Source: Candidatus Algichlamydia australiensis (lineage in GTDB: Bacteria; Chlamydiota; Chlamydiia; Chlamydiales; JAJFMI01). From it: a stretch of 64,000 nucleotides of DNA. The stretch's first letter is position 1. Each line of letters begins with the position of its first letter. Both the position numbers and the translations under genes were made by a program. The stretch covers positions 224,001 through 288,000 of the forward strand of contig JAXCHI010000002.1 in the NCBI GenBank assembly GCA_033977065.1. Reading direction: 5' to 3'. The notes beneath the pieces were generated by a model that did no database searches, was not told where the DNA came from, and worked only from the letters and a program-made list of their open reading frames with translations. This document shows positions 41,045 to 51,768 of the stretch, one piece after another.

Positions 41045-41729
41045 TAAAAATCTCCTGTGCAATTTGTTTGATGAACAGAGCATGCCAGTAAGATCCTTTT
41101 TCAGGCAATTCCTTTTCACAAAATTTTTGTAAGTTTTTCAAACGAGGGACAATAATGGGGAGTGAGACGATAGTAGGAAGGCGAATCTTCTTTTTCTCCT
41201 TTGCGATTTCCATCTTAAGATTATAGCTTTTGCGCCCCGCTGATTTAAGAAAGTCTTCCACAAGTTCTAAGCTGCGAAAGCTCTTTGTCACTTCTGAACG
41301 AACATTTTGAAAATCACTTTTTTTAGCAGAAGCAGTCAAGATGTATGCATGGCCATTTGCAATCTGCAGCAGCTGCATGAGTTCCACTTTACCCCACTCA
41401 AGTGTGCGCTCTATTTTTAACAAAACACCCTCACCAGAAAGCGTTTTTAGCTGCCCCATCCTTTCACATCTATTGCGCTTATCCATTTTGTGACACTTGA
41501 TCGCATTTTTGGTGTACTCTTCTAGTCTTAAAGAGGTTGGTTCAATCGCAAGATTAATAGAGGGGTTAAAGCCCTGTGTCTTTTTCGAGATAAAAGAAAT
41601 TTTTGCCTGATTAAAAGCTGTTGGATCTTGTGCGCGCCATCCCTTAGGGGGCACAAATGTAGCCGTAGGAGAAGCGGAAAGGAGAGTGCAGAGCAGACTA
41701 AGATTGAGACTGTGCTTGAGAATTGTCAT
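41025..41729 (-). CDS. CT311-like exported protein (DcrB/PsbP-like fold suspected)
   Basis: FVPPKGW, PSINLAIE, HAYILTAS; syntenic position upstream of the V-ATPase operon. Confidence 0.7.
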   Translation of the reverse strand: MTILKHSLNLSLLCTLLSASPTATFVPPKGWRAQDPTAFNQAKISFISKKTQGFNPSINLAIEPTSLRLEEYTKNAIKCHKMDKRNRCERMGQLKTLSGEGVLLKIERTLEWGKVELMQLLQIANGHAYILTASAKKSDFQNVRSEVTKSFRSLELVEDFLKSAGRKSYNLKMEIAKEKKKIRLPTIVSLPIIVPRLKNLQKFCEKELPEKGSYWHALFIKQIAQEIFNEKKNH

Positions 41730-41937
41730 TTGAGCCCAAAACAATAGCTAAAATTGTAATTCCAATTGCAAGAGCAATTCCCCATCCAATCATGGAGGAG
41801 CTAATCGCTTCATCTGCCGCCTTTGAGGGGGCAGATCCATCATACGTTAGAGTAGTGGAGGCGTCGTTTTGCGCCTGCATTGCTGCTGGTACAACACTCA
41901 GAGCAACGGTTAGGGTGATGACAAGTAAACTTTTCAT
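41698..41937 (-). CDS. Small protein with signal peptide and C-terminal TM
   Basis: MKSLLVITLTVALSVVPAAMQA|QND...MIGWGIALAIGITILAIVLG. Confidence 0.65.
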   Translation of the reverse strand: MKSLLVITLTVALSVVPAAMQAQNDASTTLTYDGSAPSKAADEAISSSMIGWGIALAIGITILAIVLGSNDNSQAQSQS

Positions 41938-42022
41938 TCGCTTCTCATCATGCCAAACTTAAAAGTTGTTTGTCTAGCTTTTTAACGTTCAATTTGTTAT
42001 ATTCATCCTCTAGGAGTGCAAT

Positions 42023-42646
42023 ATGAGTGATCTGGAAAGTGGAAAAGAACGAGTGCAAAAACTCTGTGATTTAATCAAGAAAGAGACATTAGACCCAGCC
42101 AAGCAAGAGGCAGAAAAGATCTTAAGCGATGCGCAAGAAAAACGCGAAGGAATTTTACAAGCTGCACGAATGGAAGCAGAAAATATTCTTGGGGAGGCTA
42201 AGAAGAAAATTGAAGAGGAAAAGAGAATTTTTGACTCTTCGCTTAACCTAGCGGGAAAACAGGCCCTAAACGCACTGAAGCAAGAGATTGAGGGAAAGCT
42301 TTTTGATCAAGAAATTGTGCGCCAGGTAAAAAGCGTTAGCGGAGAAGAAAAGGCGATTGCAAAAGTAATCGATGCGATTGTTCTTGCTATTGAAAAAGAG
42401 GGAATTAATTCAGACCTTGAAGCATCTATTCCAAGTGCAGTGAGCAAAGATGAGGTTGTAAAAGCTCTTTCGGATCAAGCGGTTGAAAAATTAAAAAAGG
42501 AGAGCATTCAGTTGGCCGATTTCACGGGAGGAGCCAAGGTAAAGATTGCACAAGAGCACTTGACGCTTGACATAAGTGATGAGGCTTTAGCGCGACTTGT
42601 TTCAAACTTTATTCGTGAAGATTTAAAAGCCAAACTTTTTGCATGA
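42023..42646 (+). CDS. atpE: V/A-type ATPase subunit E
   Basis: Coiled-coil N-terminus; first gene of the chlamydial operon. Confidence 0.9.
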   Translation: MSDLESGKERVQKLCDLIKKETLDPAKQEAEKILSDAQEKREGILQAARMEAENILGEAKKKIEEEKRIFDSSLNLAGKQALNALKQEIEGKLFDQEIVRQVKSVSGEEKAIAKVIDAIVLAIEKEGINSDLEASIPSAVSKDEVVKALSDQAVEKLKKESIQLADFTGGAKVKIAQEHLTLDISDEALARLVSNFIREDLKAKLFA

Positions 42647-43410
42647 AAAATTACTACTTTGTTGCTGCATCTCTGCCCTCGCTCGCGCTCGATCAGGAAC
42701 TTGAAATCTCCTTTGCCTCTCTTATGGAGCTTTTTGCGATGAATTTGGGGAGAGAGGATCTTGAGCAGATCACTCTTTTGCGCAGCTACTTTGATATCGA
42801 AAATCTCTTTCATCTCCTGCGTGATGAGACCCTCAACCTAAAGGGAAATCTCTTTCGTGGAGAGTTAGAAGAGGCGATTTTACATCCCGAAACTCTTCCC
42901 AATTTTCTGCAGGAGTTTTTCATTCGCTATCCCAAAGAAGAGCAGCAACTCAAAAATTCGCATATCGCCTACGAGCTCTATTTTCATTTTGCTCAAGAAG
43001 AAGCAAAAGGGTTTTTAAAACGCTACTTACAATTTGAACGAAAGCGTCGCTTGAGTCTTGCTGCTTATCGCGCAAAAAAACAGGGACGTGACTGGGCACA
43101 AGAGCTAATTGATGAGGAGCGTTTCGACTCCTTTACTGCCTCTCTATTAGCTCAGAAAGAGGGGAAAGGGATCGAATTCTCATTTGACCTGCGTGACTTG
43201 GGAGAGAAATTGCTCAGTGTGAGCAAGCCATATGAAGAGGCGCATATGATGGCAGAGTATCGCCTTAATAAAATAGATGATTTATCAGAATTCCCACTCT
43301 TCTCTTTTGACTACTTGGTCGCTTACACGATCAAGCTGATCATTTTAGAAGAGATGGCAAACTACGATCAGGAACTTGGAAGGGAGAAATGGAATGTCGT
43401 GTCAGGGTAG
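42643..43410 (+). CDS. DUF2764 / V-type ATPase subunit C-like
   Basis: YYFVAASLP N-terminus; operon position. Confidence 0.8.
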   Translation: MKNYYFVAASLPSLALDQELEISFASLMELFAMNLGREDLEQITLLRSYFDIENLFHLLRDETLNLKGNLFRGELEEAILHPETLPNFLQEFFIRYPKEEQQLKNSHIAYELYFHFAQEEAKGFLKRYLQFERKRRLSLAAYRAKKQGRDWAQELIDEERFDSFTASLLAQKEGKGIEFSFDLRDLGEKLLSVSKPYEEAHMMAEYRLNKIDDLSEFPLFSFDYLVAYTIKLIILEEMANYDQELGREKWNVVSG

Positions 43411-45145
43411 TGTAGTCAAAGCTTTTGGAAACCTTCTGCATGTAAAATTTACCGGCAATGTGCGCCAAGGTGAAGTTGGTTTTGTCGAAATCGAAGGGGA
43501 TAAGCTTAAAGCTGAAGTGATTGAAATCGCAGGCGATGAAGCAAAGCTTCAAGTCTTTGAAGATATGTACGACGTACAGCTCGGCTCACCTGTAGAGTTT
43601 ACAGGCGATCTTTTAGAAGCCGAATTGGGTCCAGGACTGATCAGCTCGATTTTTGATGGGTTGCAAAATCCGTTAGAGCGTGTTGCTGAACAAGCAGGAA
43701 TTTTTTTAACACGAGGCGTCTATATTCCACCACTTGATCGCAAACGTACCTGGGAATTTACGCCTAAAGCAAAAGTTGGAGAGTGGGTCGAGCGCGGTGA
43801 CATGCTGGGGATGACTAAAGAGAGTCGTTTTGATCACCACATCATGGTCCCTTTTTCTCTCCGTGGACAGTGGAAACTCACTTGGCTTGCTGATGGAGGA
43901 AACTACACCGTTGATGAGCCGATAGCAAAAATTACAAACGAAGCGGGACGCGAAGAGACGCTGACTATGTGCCAAAAGTGGCCGATCAAATTGCCGCTTA
44001 TGGTCGGAAAAAAGGTCAAAGCGCGCAATATGATGGATACCGGGCTGCGTATTCTCGATGCGCAATTTCCTGTTTTAAAAGGCGGTACCTTCTGCTCGCC
44101 AGGTCCATTTGGGGCGGGAAAAACCGTGATGCAGCACCACCTCTCAAAATACTCCTCTGTTGATCTTGTGATCGTCTGCGCCTGCGGTGAACGCGCAGGA
44201 GAGGTAGTAGAGGTGTTGCGCACCTTTCCTGAGCTGACCGACCCCCATACGGGAAAACCGCTCATTAGCCGCACAGTTATTATCTGCAATACCTCCTCTA
44301 TGCCCGTGGCTGCGCGTGAAGCTTCGGTCTATCTTGGCGCTACCATGGCGGAATACTACCGTCAAATGGGCTTAGATGTTCTGCTCCTTGCTGATTCCAC
44401 CTCACGCTGGGCGCAAGCGATGCGCGAAATGTCGGGTCGACTTGAAGAGATTCCTGGAGAGGAGGCCTTTCCGGCATATCTCGCTTCCCGCATTGCAAGT
44501 TTTTATGAGCGCTCCGGAGTCCTTGAGCTGAAAAATGGCAAACAGGGATCGCTCACAATTGGTGGGACCGTTTCGCCAGCAGGCGGAAACTTTGAAGAAC
44601 CGGTAACACAGGCATCCCTCTCATCTGTTGGCGCCTTCCATGGACTGTCGCGCGCGCGCTCAGACGCTCGTCGCTATCCAGCCATCGATCCGCTCATCTC
44701 CTGGTCCAAATACCTTGTTGATGTCGACCGTGAACTCTCCACAAAACTCGAAGGGTGGGGAAGCAAAGTAGAAGAGGCTTCTCGGCTTTTGCGTTTGGGG
44801 GATGAGATCGGCAAGCGTATGGAAGTTGTGGGAGAAGAGGGGATTTCGCTTGATGATCTGATTCTCTTCCTCAAATCGGAAGTCTACGAGGCGTGTTACC
44901 TCCAGCAAAACGCTTTTGATCCCGTTGACAACTACTGTCCGATCGATCGACAAATTGAGTTGTTTAAACTTATGCAGAAAATTTTCACTGCAAAGTTTGC
45001 TTTAGAAGATGCGGATCTAGCGCGCGAGTATTTTCTCTCCTTGCAGAGTGAAATCAAAAATATGAATACGCTGCCTTACCAAACCGATAGCTATAATAAA
45101 ACGTATAAAGAGATAGAGGAGAAAATCCATGGAAAAAGTCTATGA
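43394..45145 (+). CDS. atpA: V/A-type ATPase subunit A
   Basis: [24 protein letters not shown]. Confidence 0.97.
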   Translation: MSCQGSVVKAFGNLLHVKFTGNVRQGEVGFVEIEGDKLKAEVIEIAGDEAKLQVFEDMYDVQLGSPVEFTGDLLEAELGPGLISSIFDGLQNPLERVAEQAGIFLTRGVYIPPLDRKRTWEFTPKAKVGEWVERGDMLGMTKESRFDHHIMVPFSLRGQWKLTWLADGGNYTVDEPIAKITNEAGREETLTMCQKWPIKLPLMVGKKVKARNMMDTGLRILDAQFPVLKGGTFCSPGPFGAGKTVMQHHLSKYSSVDLVIVCACGERAGEVVEVLRTFPELTDPHTGKPLISRTVIICNTSSMPVAAREASVYLGATMAEYYRQMGLDVLLLADSTSRWAQAMREMSGRLEEIPGEEAFPAYLASRIASFYERSGVLELKNGKQGSLTIGGTVSPAGGNFEEPVTQASLSSVGAFHGLSRARSDARRYPAIDPLISWSKYLVDVDRELSTKLEGWGSKVEEASRLLRLGDEIGKRMEVVGEEGISLDDLILFLKSEVYEACYLQQNAFDPVDNYCPIDRQIELFKLMQKIFTAKFALEDADLAREYFLSLQSEIKNMNTLPYQTDSYNKTYKEIEEKIHGKSL

Positions 45146-46430
45146 TCGCATACTTAACATTCGTGGATCTCTGCTCACCGTGCGAGCCAAAGGCGCAAGA
45201 CTTGGAGAGCTAGCGCGGGTCGAGCGCGGTGACGGCGTCTCCACCCTCGCCTCTGTGCTCTCTATTGATAACGACCTTATCGTTCTCCAAGCGTTTGAAG
45301 ACACACGCGGCATCTCAACAGGGGATAGCGTCACATTTTTAGGAAAAAGAATGCGTGTACCTACTGGCAGCAGCCTTCTTGGTAGACGCCTCTCGGGAAG
45401 TGGTGAGCCGCTCGATTCAGGACCAGCTGTGCGTGGTGAAGAGTGCGATATTGGCCAGCCCTCTTTTAATCCCGTACGACGTATTGTTCCACGTGAACAA
45501 GTGCGCACCAACATTCCGATGATTGACATCTTCAACTGCCTTGTTAAATCACAAAAAATTCCGATCTTTTCTGTTGCAGGCGAGCCCTATAACAAACTTT
45601 TGATGCGCATTGGAAATCAGACCGACGCAGATGTTGTGATCATTGGCGGGATGGGACTGCGCTACGACGATTACCAAGGATTTATCGATAACGCTGAAAG
45701 GTCAGGTTCGATTGAAAAGAGCGTCATGTTCATTCACAAAGCGACCGACCCTGCCGTTGAGTGTCTCCTCGTTCCCGATATGGCACTTGCTGCTGCAGAG
45801 CAGTTTGCCATGCAGGGGAAAGATGTACTTGTCCTCTTAACCGACATGTCCGCTTTTGCCGATAGCATTAAAGAAATTATGATCACAATGGACCAGGTGC
45901 CCTCGAATCGCGGTTACCCCGGCTCTCTCTATTCTGATTTAGCATCGCGCTATGAAAAAGCGGTCGACATTGAGGGGAGTGGTTCGATTACGCTCATTGC
46001 CGTCACCACTATGCCTGGTGGCGATGTGACCCACCCCATTCCCGATAATACCGGCTATATCACCGAAGGGCAGTACTACCTGCACGGCGGCCGCATCGAT
46101 CCCTTTGGCTCGCTCTCTCGACTCAAACAGCAAGTGATTGGAAGTGTAACGCGGGAAGATCACGGCGATCTAGCCAACTGCCAGATTCGTCTCTATGCTG
46201 AGTCGAAAAAAGCCAAAGAGCGTGAAAGCATGGGCTTTCGTCTTTCACGCTGGGACCAAAAGCTCATTCAGTTCTCCAAATTATTTGAAGAGCGCATGAT
46301 GAACTTAAGCGTCAACATTCCCCTTGAAGAGGCGCTTGACCTTGGCTGGAAAACCTTAGCAGAGTGTTTTACACGCCATGAAATTGGACTCAAAGAAACC
46401 CTACTAAAAAAGTACTGGCCAGCCACATGA
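45129..46430 (+). CDS. atpB: V/A-type ATPase subunit B
   Basis: [38 protein letters not shown]. Confidence 0.97.
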   Translation: MEKVYDRILNIRGSLLTVRAKGARLGELARVERGDGVSTLASVLSIDNDLIVLQAFEDTRGISTGDSVTFLGKRMRVPTGSSLLGRRLSGSGEPLDSGPAVRGEECDIGQPSFNPVRRIVPREQVRTNIPMIDIFNCLVKSQKIPIFSVAGEPYNKLLMRIGNQTDADVVIIGGMGLRYDDYQGFIDNAERSGSIEKSVMFIHKATDPAVECLLVPDMALAAAEQFAMQGKDVLVLLTDMSAFADSIKEIMITMDQVPSNRGYPGSLYSDLASRYEKAVDIEGSGSITLIAVTTMPGGDVTHPIPDNTGYITEGQYYLHGGRIDPFGSLSRLKQQVIGSVTREDHGDLANCQIRLYAESKKAKERESMGFRLSRWDQKLIQFSKLFEERMMNLSVNIPLEEALDLGWKTLAECFTRHEIGLKETLLKKYWPAT

Positions 46431-47029
46431 TTCGATTAACGAAGAACGAGTTGCGTGATCAACAACTGAAAAAAACACAACTCTCTCGTTACCTGCCAAC
46501 ACTGCAATTGAAAAAAGCATTGCTCCAAGCTGAAGTCAATCAGGCAACCTTAGAAATTGACCATTTAAAAGAGCTTGAAAAGAGGGAAGAGCAGCTTGTA
46601 ACAGAGTTCCATAAACTCCTTTCGGCCCCCAATATTGCCCCACTACTCGATGCATGCAAGATTCTTAACGTCCAAAAAGGCAAAGAGAATATTGCAGGAG
46701 TCGATATTCCGACCTACAAGTCGATCGAGTTTGCTCCCGTTGAGTACCCGCTCATATCGACCCCACTCTGGTGGGATAACGCCTTAGAACAGCTACGCGC
46801 CACATTGATAGCAAAAGAAAAAATTCGAATTGCTAAAGAGAAGAAACACCTGCTTGAAAAAGAGCTGCGCGAAGTCTCCATCCGCGTGAACCTCTTTGAA
46901 AAAATTCTCATTCCGCGAGCAGAACAAAACATTCGCAAAATCAAAGTCTTTCTTGGTGACCAGGAGCTTGCCGCAGTCTCGCAAGCCAAAGCAGCCAAAC
47001 GCAAAATCTACCTTCGAGGTGGCCGATGA
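46427..47029 (+). CDS. atpD: V/A-type ATPase subunit D
   Basis: [19 protein letters not shown]. Confidence 0.95.
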   Translation: MIRLTKNELRDQQLKKTQLSRYLPTLQLKKALLQAEVNQATLEIDHLKELEKREEQLVTEFHKLLSAPNIAPLLDACKILNVQKGKENIAGVDIPTYKSIEFAPVEYPLISTPLWWDNALEQLRATLIAKEKIRIAKEKKHLLEKELREVSIRVNLFEKILIPRAEQNIRKIKVFLGDQELAAVSQAKAAKRKIYLRGGR

Positions 47030-48936
47030 TTATTAAAGTGCGCAAATACCTCTTTGTTGGAGCCAAACAGGAGCTGGATACATTCTATGCGCGTGCACAG
47101 CAAGCGGGCTTGATGGAGTTCATCTCTTCAAAAGGGCGCAAACGCATCGAATACCCCGATAAGATTTACAACTTGATCAAGGCAATTAAAATTTTAAAAA
47201 AAGAGCCAGAGCAACTTCCTGGCCAGCCCGTAGAAAATTGCGATGAGACCGTAAAAGAGACTTTAGACCTTACGACAACCGTCGAAGAAGACTTTGAACG
47301 TGAGCGCCACTACCGCAGCGAGATCGCACGTATAGAACCTTTAGGGGATTTTTCTCTTAAAGCGATCGAAGAACTGCAGATCTCCACCTCGCGTCAAATG
47401 CACTTTTACTGCATGAAGAGCAGCAGAGCGCAGCAGATCAAACTTCCAGAAACACTTATTCCCATCACCACGGCATACGACATGGACTACTTCCTCTCTT
47501 TAGAGAAAGAGGCAGTTATCCTCCCAAACCTCATCCAGATGCCAATTGAAAAATCTCTTAGCGAACTAAAAAACTTACTTGCAGCAACACAAAAAGAGAT
47601 TCAGCTTGCAGAAGAGCGAAGGAAAGAGCTAACAAGCGCACTTCCAGCACTTAAAGAGGCGCTGATACAAGCGCTGGATGGTTACCATTTACAAAAAGCA
47701 AAAGGGGATGCAGCAAATTATCTTGCAGGAGAAATTTTCTCAGCAGAAGCATACATTCCTAAGAACAAGATCAATGAAGTAGAAAAACTCACCGAAGACT
47801 TAGCGCTTCATATGGAAGAGATCGAGATCGCAAAAGGGGAGAGCGTGCCCACCTACATGGAGAACGAGGGTGTAAACCGCGTAGGAGAAGACCTCGTTCA
47901 CATCTATGATACCCCCTCAACCCAAGACAAAGACCCCTCAGGATGGGTCTATTGGGCCTTTGTTTTCTTCTTTGCCATGATCGTCTCAGACGGCGGTTAC
48001 GGTATGCTCTACCTCGCCTTAGGCCTCTTTTTAAAATGGAAATTTCCCAAAATCAAAAATACGGGGCGTCGCTTTATCCACCTCATTATTGCCCTTGGAA
48101 CAGGTTGTGTTATCTGGGGCACACTGACTGCCTCCTTTTTTGGAATCAATCTCCTACCCGAAAACCCTCTGCGCAAATATTCCCTTACCGAAAACCTTTC
48201 GCAAAAGAAAGCGGACTACCACCTAGCGCAAAAAGATGATGTCTACGAGCAGTGGACAGCAGCCATACCTGCAACCCAAAACGCTACAAATGGCAAAGAG
48301 TTTCTTTTATTTGGTACAACCGTAAAAGATGGAGTCAAGACAGACACCATCTCAGAGACATTTAACCTCAACCTACTGATGGAATTTTCCTTACTTGTCG
48401 GAGTGCTCCACATCATCCTCTCTCTCTGCCGCTCAATCAAAAGCCACTACGCAAATATCGGCTGGATCACCTTTATGATCGGCGGTTATCTCTTTCTGCC
48501 GTCCATGCTAAACGCCACTACCATGATCAACTTTCTTGGACTCCTCTCCAAACCCCTCGCCACCGCCATCGGTCTTAATCTCGTCTACGTCGGTCTTGGT
48601 TTTGCTCTAGTGACAGCTCTTATCCAAAAAGGCCTATCAGGCATCGGAGAAGTCGCCAACCTCATTCAATTTTTTAGTGATGTCCTCTCCTACCTCCGCC
48701 TCTACGCGCTCGGGCTTGCCGGTATGCTGATGGCCTCCACATTTAACGCACTTGGCGCATCCGTAGGAATGCCATTTGGACTCTTTATTATCATCGCAGG
48801 CCATAGTGTTAATATCGTTCTTGGCATCATGGGCGGCGTCATCCACGGACTGCGACTTAACTTTCTTGAATGGTACCACTGGTCCTTTGAGGGAGGAGGA
48901 AAACTTTTTAAACCATTATCACGAGGTACAAAATGA
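47026..48936 (+). CDS. atpI: V/A-type ATPase subunit I
   Basis: DGGYG, DVLSYLRLYALGL, HGLRLNFLEW. Confidence 0.96.
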   Translation: MIIKVRKYLFVGAKQELDTFYARAQQAGLMEFISSKGRKRIEYPDKIYNLIKAIKILKKEPEQLPGQPVENCDETVKETLDLTTTVEEDFERERHYRSEIARIEPLGDFSLKAIEELQISTSRQMHFYCMKSSRAQQIKLPETLIPITTAYDMDYFLSLEKEAVILPNLIQMPIEKSLSELKNLLAATQKEIQLAEERRKELTSALPALKEALIQALDGYHLQKAKGDAANYLAGEIFSAEAYIPKNKINEVEKLTEDLALHMEEIEIAKGESVPTYMENEGVNRVGEDLVHIYDTPSTQDKDPSGWVYWAFVFFFAMIVSDGGYGMLYLALGLFLKWKFPKIKNTGRRFIHLIIALGTGCVIWGTLTASFFGINLLPENPLRKYSLTENLSQKKADYHLAQKDDVYEQWTAAIPATQNATNGKEFLLFGTTVKDGVKTDTISETFNLNLLMEFSLLVGVLHIILSLCRSIKSHYANIGWITFMIGGYLFLPSMLNATTMINFLGLLSKPLATAIGLNLVYVGLGFALVTALIQKGLSGIGEVANLIQFFSDVLSYLRLYALGLAGMLMASTFNALGASVGMPFGLFIIIAGHSVNIVLGIMGGVIHGLRLNFLEWYHWSFEGGGKLFKPLSRGTK

Positions 48937-49355
48937 ACTTTGATATGATCGGCCCCGCGCTCGTTTTAGGACTCGGCTGTATCGGCTCTGCCATCGGCTG
49001 CGCAATTGGAGGCATGGCCTCCCATGGAATTATGGCACGAGTTGAAGAGAACCACGGAAAATTCATCGGCATGTCTGCCATGCCCTCATCACAAACCATC
49101 TACGCCTTTGTTCTCATGTGGCGTATGAAAGATGCGATCGCAGATAAAAGCATCTCTGCCATGTCAGGAATTGGCATTGGTGCCGCTATCGGCTTAGCTA
49201 TTATGGCTAGCGCAATCTATCAGGGAAGATGCGCTGCAACAGGTATCCAAGCCTCTGCAAAACAACCCGGGATCTTTGGCAAATGCTTTGCTGCCCTTGG
49301 TATCGTAGAGTCTTTTGCACTCTTTGCCTTTGTTTTTGCGCTCTTGCTCCTCTAA
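48933..49355 (+). CDS. atpK: V/A-type ATPase subunit K (4-TM proteolipid)
   Basis: GSAIG, PSSQTIY, IYQG, IVESFALF. Confidence 0.95.
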   Translation: MNFDMIGPALVLGLGCIGSAIGCAIGGMASHGIMARVEENHGKFIGMSAMPSSQTIYAFVLMWRMKDAIADKSISAMSGIGIGAAIGLAIMASAIYQGRCAATGIQASAKQPGIFGKCFAALGIVESFALFAFVFALLLL

Positions 49356-49366
49356 AAATATTTTCT

Positions 49367-49401
49367 ATAACTTGCGTGAGAAAGCTCATGCAAGTTATGA
49401 T
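49367..49401 (+). promoter_or_regulatory. Inverted repeat overlapping a putative promoter; paralogous copy at 51137-51170
   Basis: ATAACTTGCGTGAG-AAAG-CTCATGCAAGTTAT; TTGCGT-18 nt-TATGAT. Confidence 0.55.
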
Positions 49402-49424
49402 TTCTCTTACAAAATGGAGAAATC

Positions 49425-51110
49425 ATGCCAGATCCAGTAAGATCACGTTCCCCCTCACCAGAGCCTCGTCAACAAATGGAAGGTTCAAGTCGAGATGATT
49501 CACCAGAAAGAATTCAAAAAGTCGCGCAAGAAGGTTTTATGACTCCACCTAATCGTCAGCCAATAACGCCTTTGGCTTCGTCAAGGGTCGGTCGCCCAGC
49601 ATGTGTTAAGAAACTAGTTTTTTCACCTGTTTCTGGACTTTCAACAATTCCAGAAATTCCTGACGAAGTTTTCCATCCTCAGACTAAAGAAGAGGGGCCA
49701 CCTAAAGTGGATACAGTGGCTTGGGTTGTTCAAAATGCAGCTGCAATTGGCGTAGAAGGAGTAAAAACGGCATTTGATTTAAACCCTAATTTGGCTTCTC
49801 AAAGGAATGAAATTTTATCTCTGCTTCTAGAAATAGGAACTTTTAATCAAGACTTAATCAATTTTATTCTTAACTACGAATATCCTAGAGCTGAGCAAGG
49901 ACCTCCTCTAAATACAGATTTCATAAACAGCCGAAGCTTAGCTCATGTGCCCCCATCTGTTGGAGATGGCACACCCTCTGCCTCAGCAACCTCACCAGAA
50001 AACCCTCTTGAACGAGCATTTAGAAAAGCTGATCAGAATGCTGCAATGGAATATTTACTTAATTCATACAATGATTTAAAAGACTCAAATAAATGGTTCA
50101 AAGAAGCCATTATGATGGGCTGGAAAGATGTAGCTTTGAGTTTGGCAGAGAGAACAACCGAGTTTGAGGATGTTCTTTATGTTCATGAGAAAGTGAATTG
50201 GCCAGACGTAAAGAGTGCGCTCCTTAGAAACAATCCAACTTTGAAAAAACAATATGATGAATTATTTCCTACTGTTAGAGCAACTTCAAGAGGAACACCA
50301 TTAAAAAACGCGAGCTATGCACAGAGCACACCTTTACCGACCGCAAATCCCCAAAGCATGGCAATGGTAGCTGCCCCATATTCCCCAATAAAAGAAGATT
50401 CAACCTTAAGACCAGAACTGCTTGCTCTTTTAAATAAATCAACTGATCAGCTAACTGAAGGTGAAATTAGGGACTTGCTATGTAATGGGTGGCAAGAAGT
50501 TCTTAGATCAAGAAACGAAGACTTAATCATTCATTTGATGGGAACTAAAGTTACAGGTAATCTAAAAGACTTTATAGTATATGCAATTCAGAAAAGACTA
50601 AAAAAAGTTACAGAAGCCATTATAGAGAGAGATGTGAATTATGGCAGGAGTCTCCCTTTTAGAGTTAAATCGATATTAGATAATGGGTGGTTTTCAATTG
50701 CAGAAAGACTTTATCAAAAGTTTCCTAAGCTGTTTTTTAGTACTGGCATAGAAGCACATGCGAAAAAAACAATAAAGAATCCTGATATTCTTGCTTTTTT
50801 AAACGATGAACAAGGCCCTTTAAAAGCTTTGCAGACTGAAACCATTGGTCAAGCACAGGTTCCAGGATTGTTTAAAAGCGCCGTTGAGAAAAAATGGTCT
50901 AAAGTGACAGAAAACCTTGCAAATCTTTTAACAGAAGACCAAGCATTGGAATTAGCAGATGTAATTGGAATGTGCGTAAAAAATCATTGGTTTGAAATAT
51001 CTAATATTTTGCTCCTAAAGTACCCAGCTGTTAAACAAATTGTTGCGCGCAATGTAAGCAATTCGTCTGATAGCGAGGAAATAATAAATTATTTTATTGA
51101 TCTCTCTTGA
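49425..51110 (+). CDS. Orphan protein with disordered S/P/R-rich N-terminus and degenerate ankyrin-like repeats (candidate effector)
   Basis: Repeats such as EAIMMGWKDVALSL, SILDNGWFSIAERL, SAVEKKWSKVTENL, MCVKNHWFEISNILL. Confidence 0.7.
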   Translation: MPDPVRSRSPSPEPRQQMEGSSRDDSPERIQKVAQEGFMTPPNRQPITPLASSRVGRPACVKKLVFSPVSGLSTIPEIPDEVFHPQTKEEGPPKVDTVAWVVQNAAAIGVEGVKTAFDLNPNLASQRNEILSLLLEIGTFNQDLINFILNYEYPRAEQGPPLNTDFINSRSLAHVPPSVGDGTPSASATSPENPLERAFRKADQNAAMEYLLNSYNDLKDSNKWFKEAIMMGWKDVALSLAERTTEFEDVLYVHEKVNWPDVKSALLRNNPTLKKQYDELFPTVRATSRGTPLKNASYAQSTPLPTANPQSMAMVAAPYSPIKEDSTLRPELLALLNKSTDQLTEGEIRDLLCNGWQEVLRSRNEDLIIHLMGTKVTGNLKDFIVYAIQKRLKKVTEAIIERDVNYGRSLPFRVKSILDNGWFSIAERLYQKFPKLFFSTGIEAHAKKTIKNPDILAFLNDEQGPLKALQTETIGQAQVPGLFKSAVEKKWSKVTENLANLLTEDQALELADVIGMCVKNHWFEISNILLLKYPAVKQIVARNVSNSSDSEEIINYFIDLS

Positions 51111-51192
51111 GACCTTAAACTCTGAAATTTCCTTTCTATCTTGTGTGAAAAGCTCTCTGCAAGTTATCATTGCTCTCAAAAAGGAAGAATTC

Positions 51193-51735
51193 ATGGAAAG
51201 AGCAGGAAAAGCGCAATCGAAACCATCACAAGGATATTTAACCCCACCACAACCTCAACGTAGAAGAAGAGCTGTACCAGAAGAAGAACAAATTCGTCCT
51301 ATCTTGCCCTCTCTACAACATTTGAGATTTGCTACAGAACCACCCCGCTCTTTACAAGGAAGAGTTCAAACTCCCTTATCCCCATTTGGTTTTGAGGAAG
51401 AGAGTGAAGAGAGTCCATATACTCCGGAACAAGTGCTAAAAATTCTTTCAGATCCAAAAAATACTATAAAAGATCCTCTTGAAGCTATTGAAGTAGTCAT
51501 GAATAAAAAGGGATGGGAACAAGTTCTTTTGAAGCTTTATGAGAGAGTGAATACAGTGGATTTACTTATCGGGTTTATAGAGAGATTCCATGACAACGCT
51601 CTCTTAGAAGTTCTAGATACAAACCCTCTTTTAGCCCAGCAAAAAGCTTTAATTCTTGCTGAATTAACTGATAGAGGAATAGATGACGAGAGGCTCCATA
51701 ATTTAATCATATCCTTTGAGCCTTCACAATCTTGA
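51193..51735 (+). CDS. Short orphan related in architecture to the upstream gene (candidate effector)
   Basis: ATG 51193 after AAGGA; GYLTPP motif, MNKKGWEQVLLKL repeat unit, duplicated upstream region. Confidence 0.65.
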   Translation: MERAGKAQSKPSQGYLTPPQPQRRRRAVPEEEQIRPILPSLQHLRFATEPPRSLQGRVQTPLSPFGFEEESEESPYTPEQVLKILSDPKNTIKDPLEAIEVVMNKKGWEQVLLKLYERVNTVDLLIGFIERFHDNALLEVLDTNPLLAQQKALILAELTDRGIDDERLHNLIISFEPSQS

Positions 51736-51768
51736 ATGTTTAAATAAAAAAATATACCCTCTTAAACT

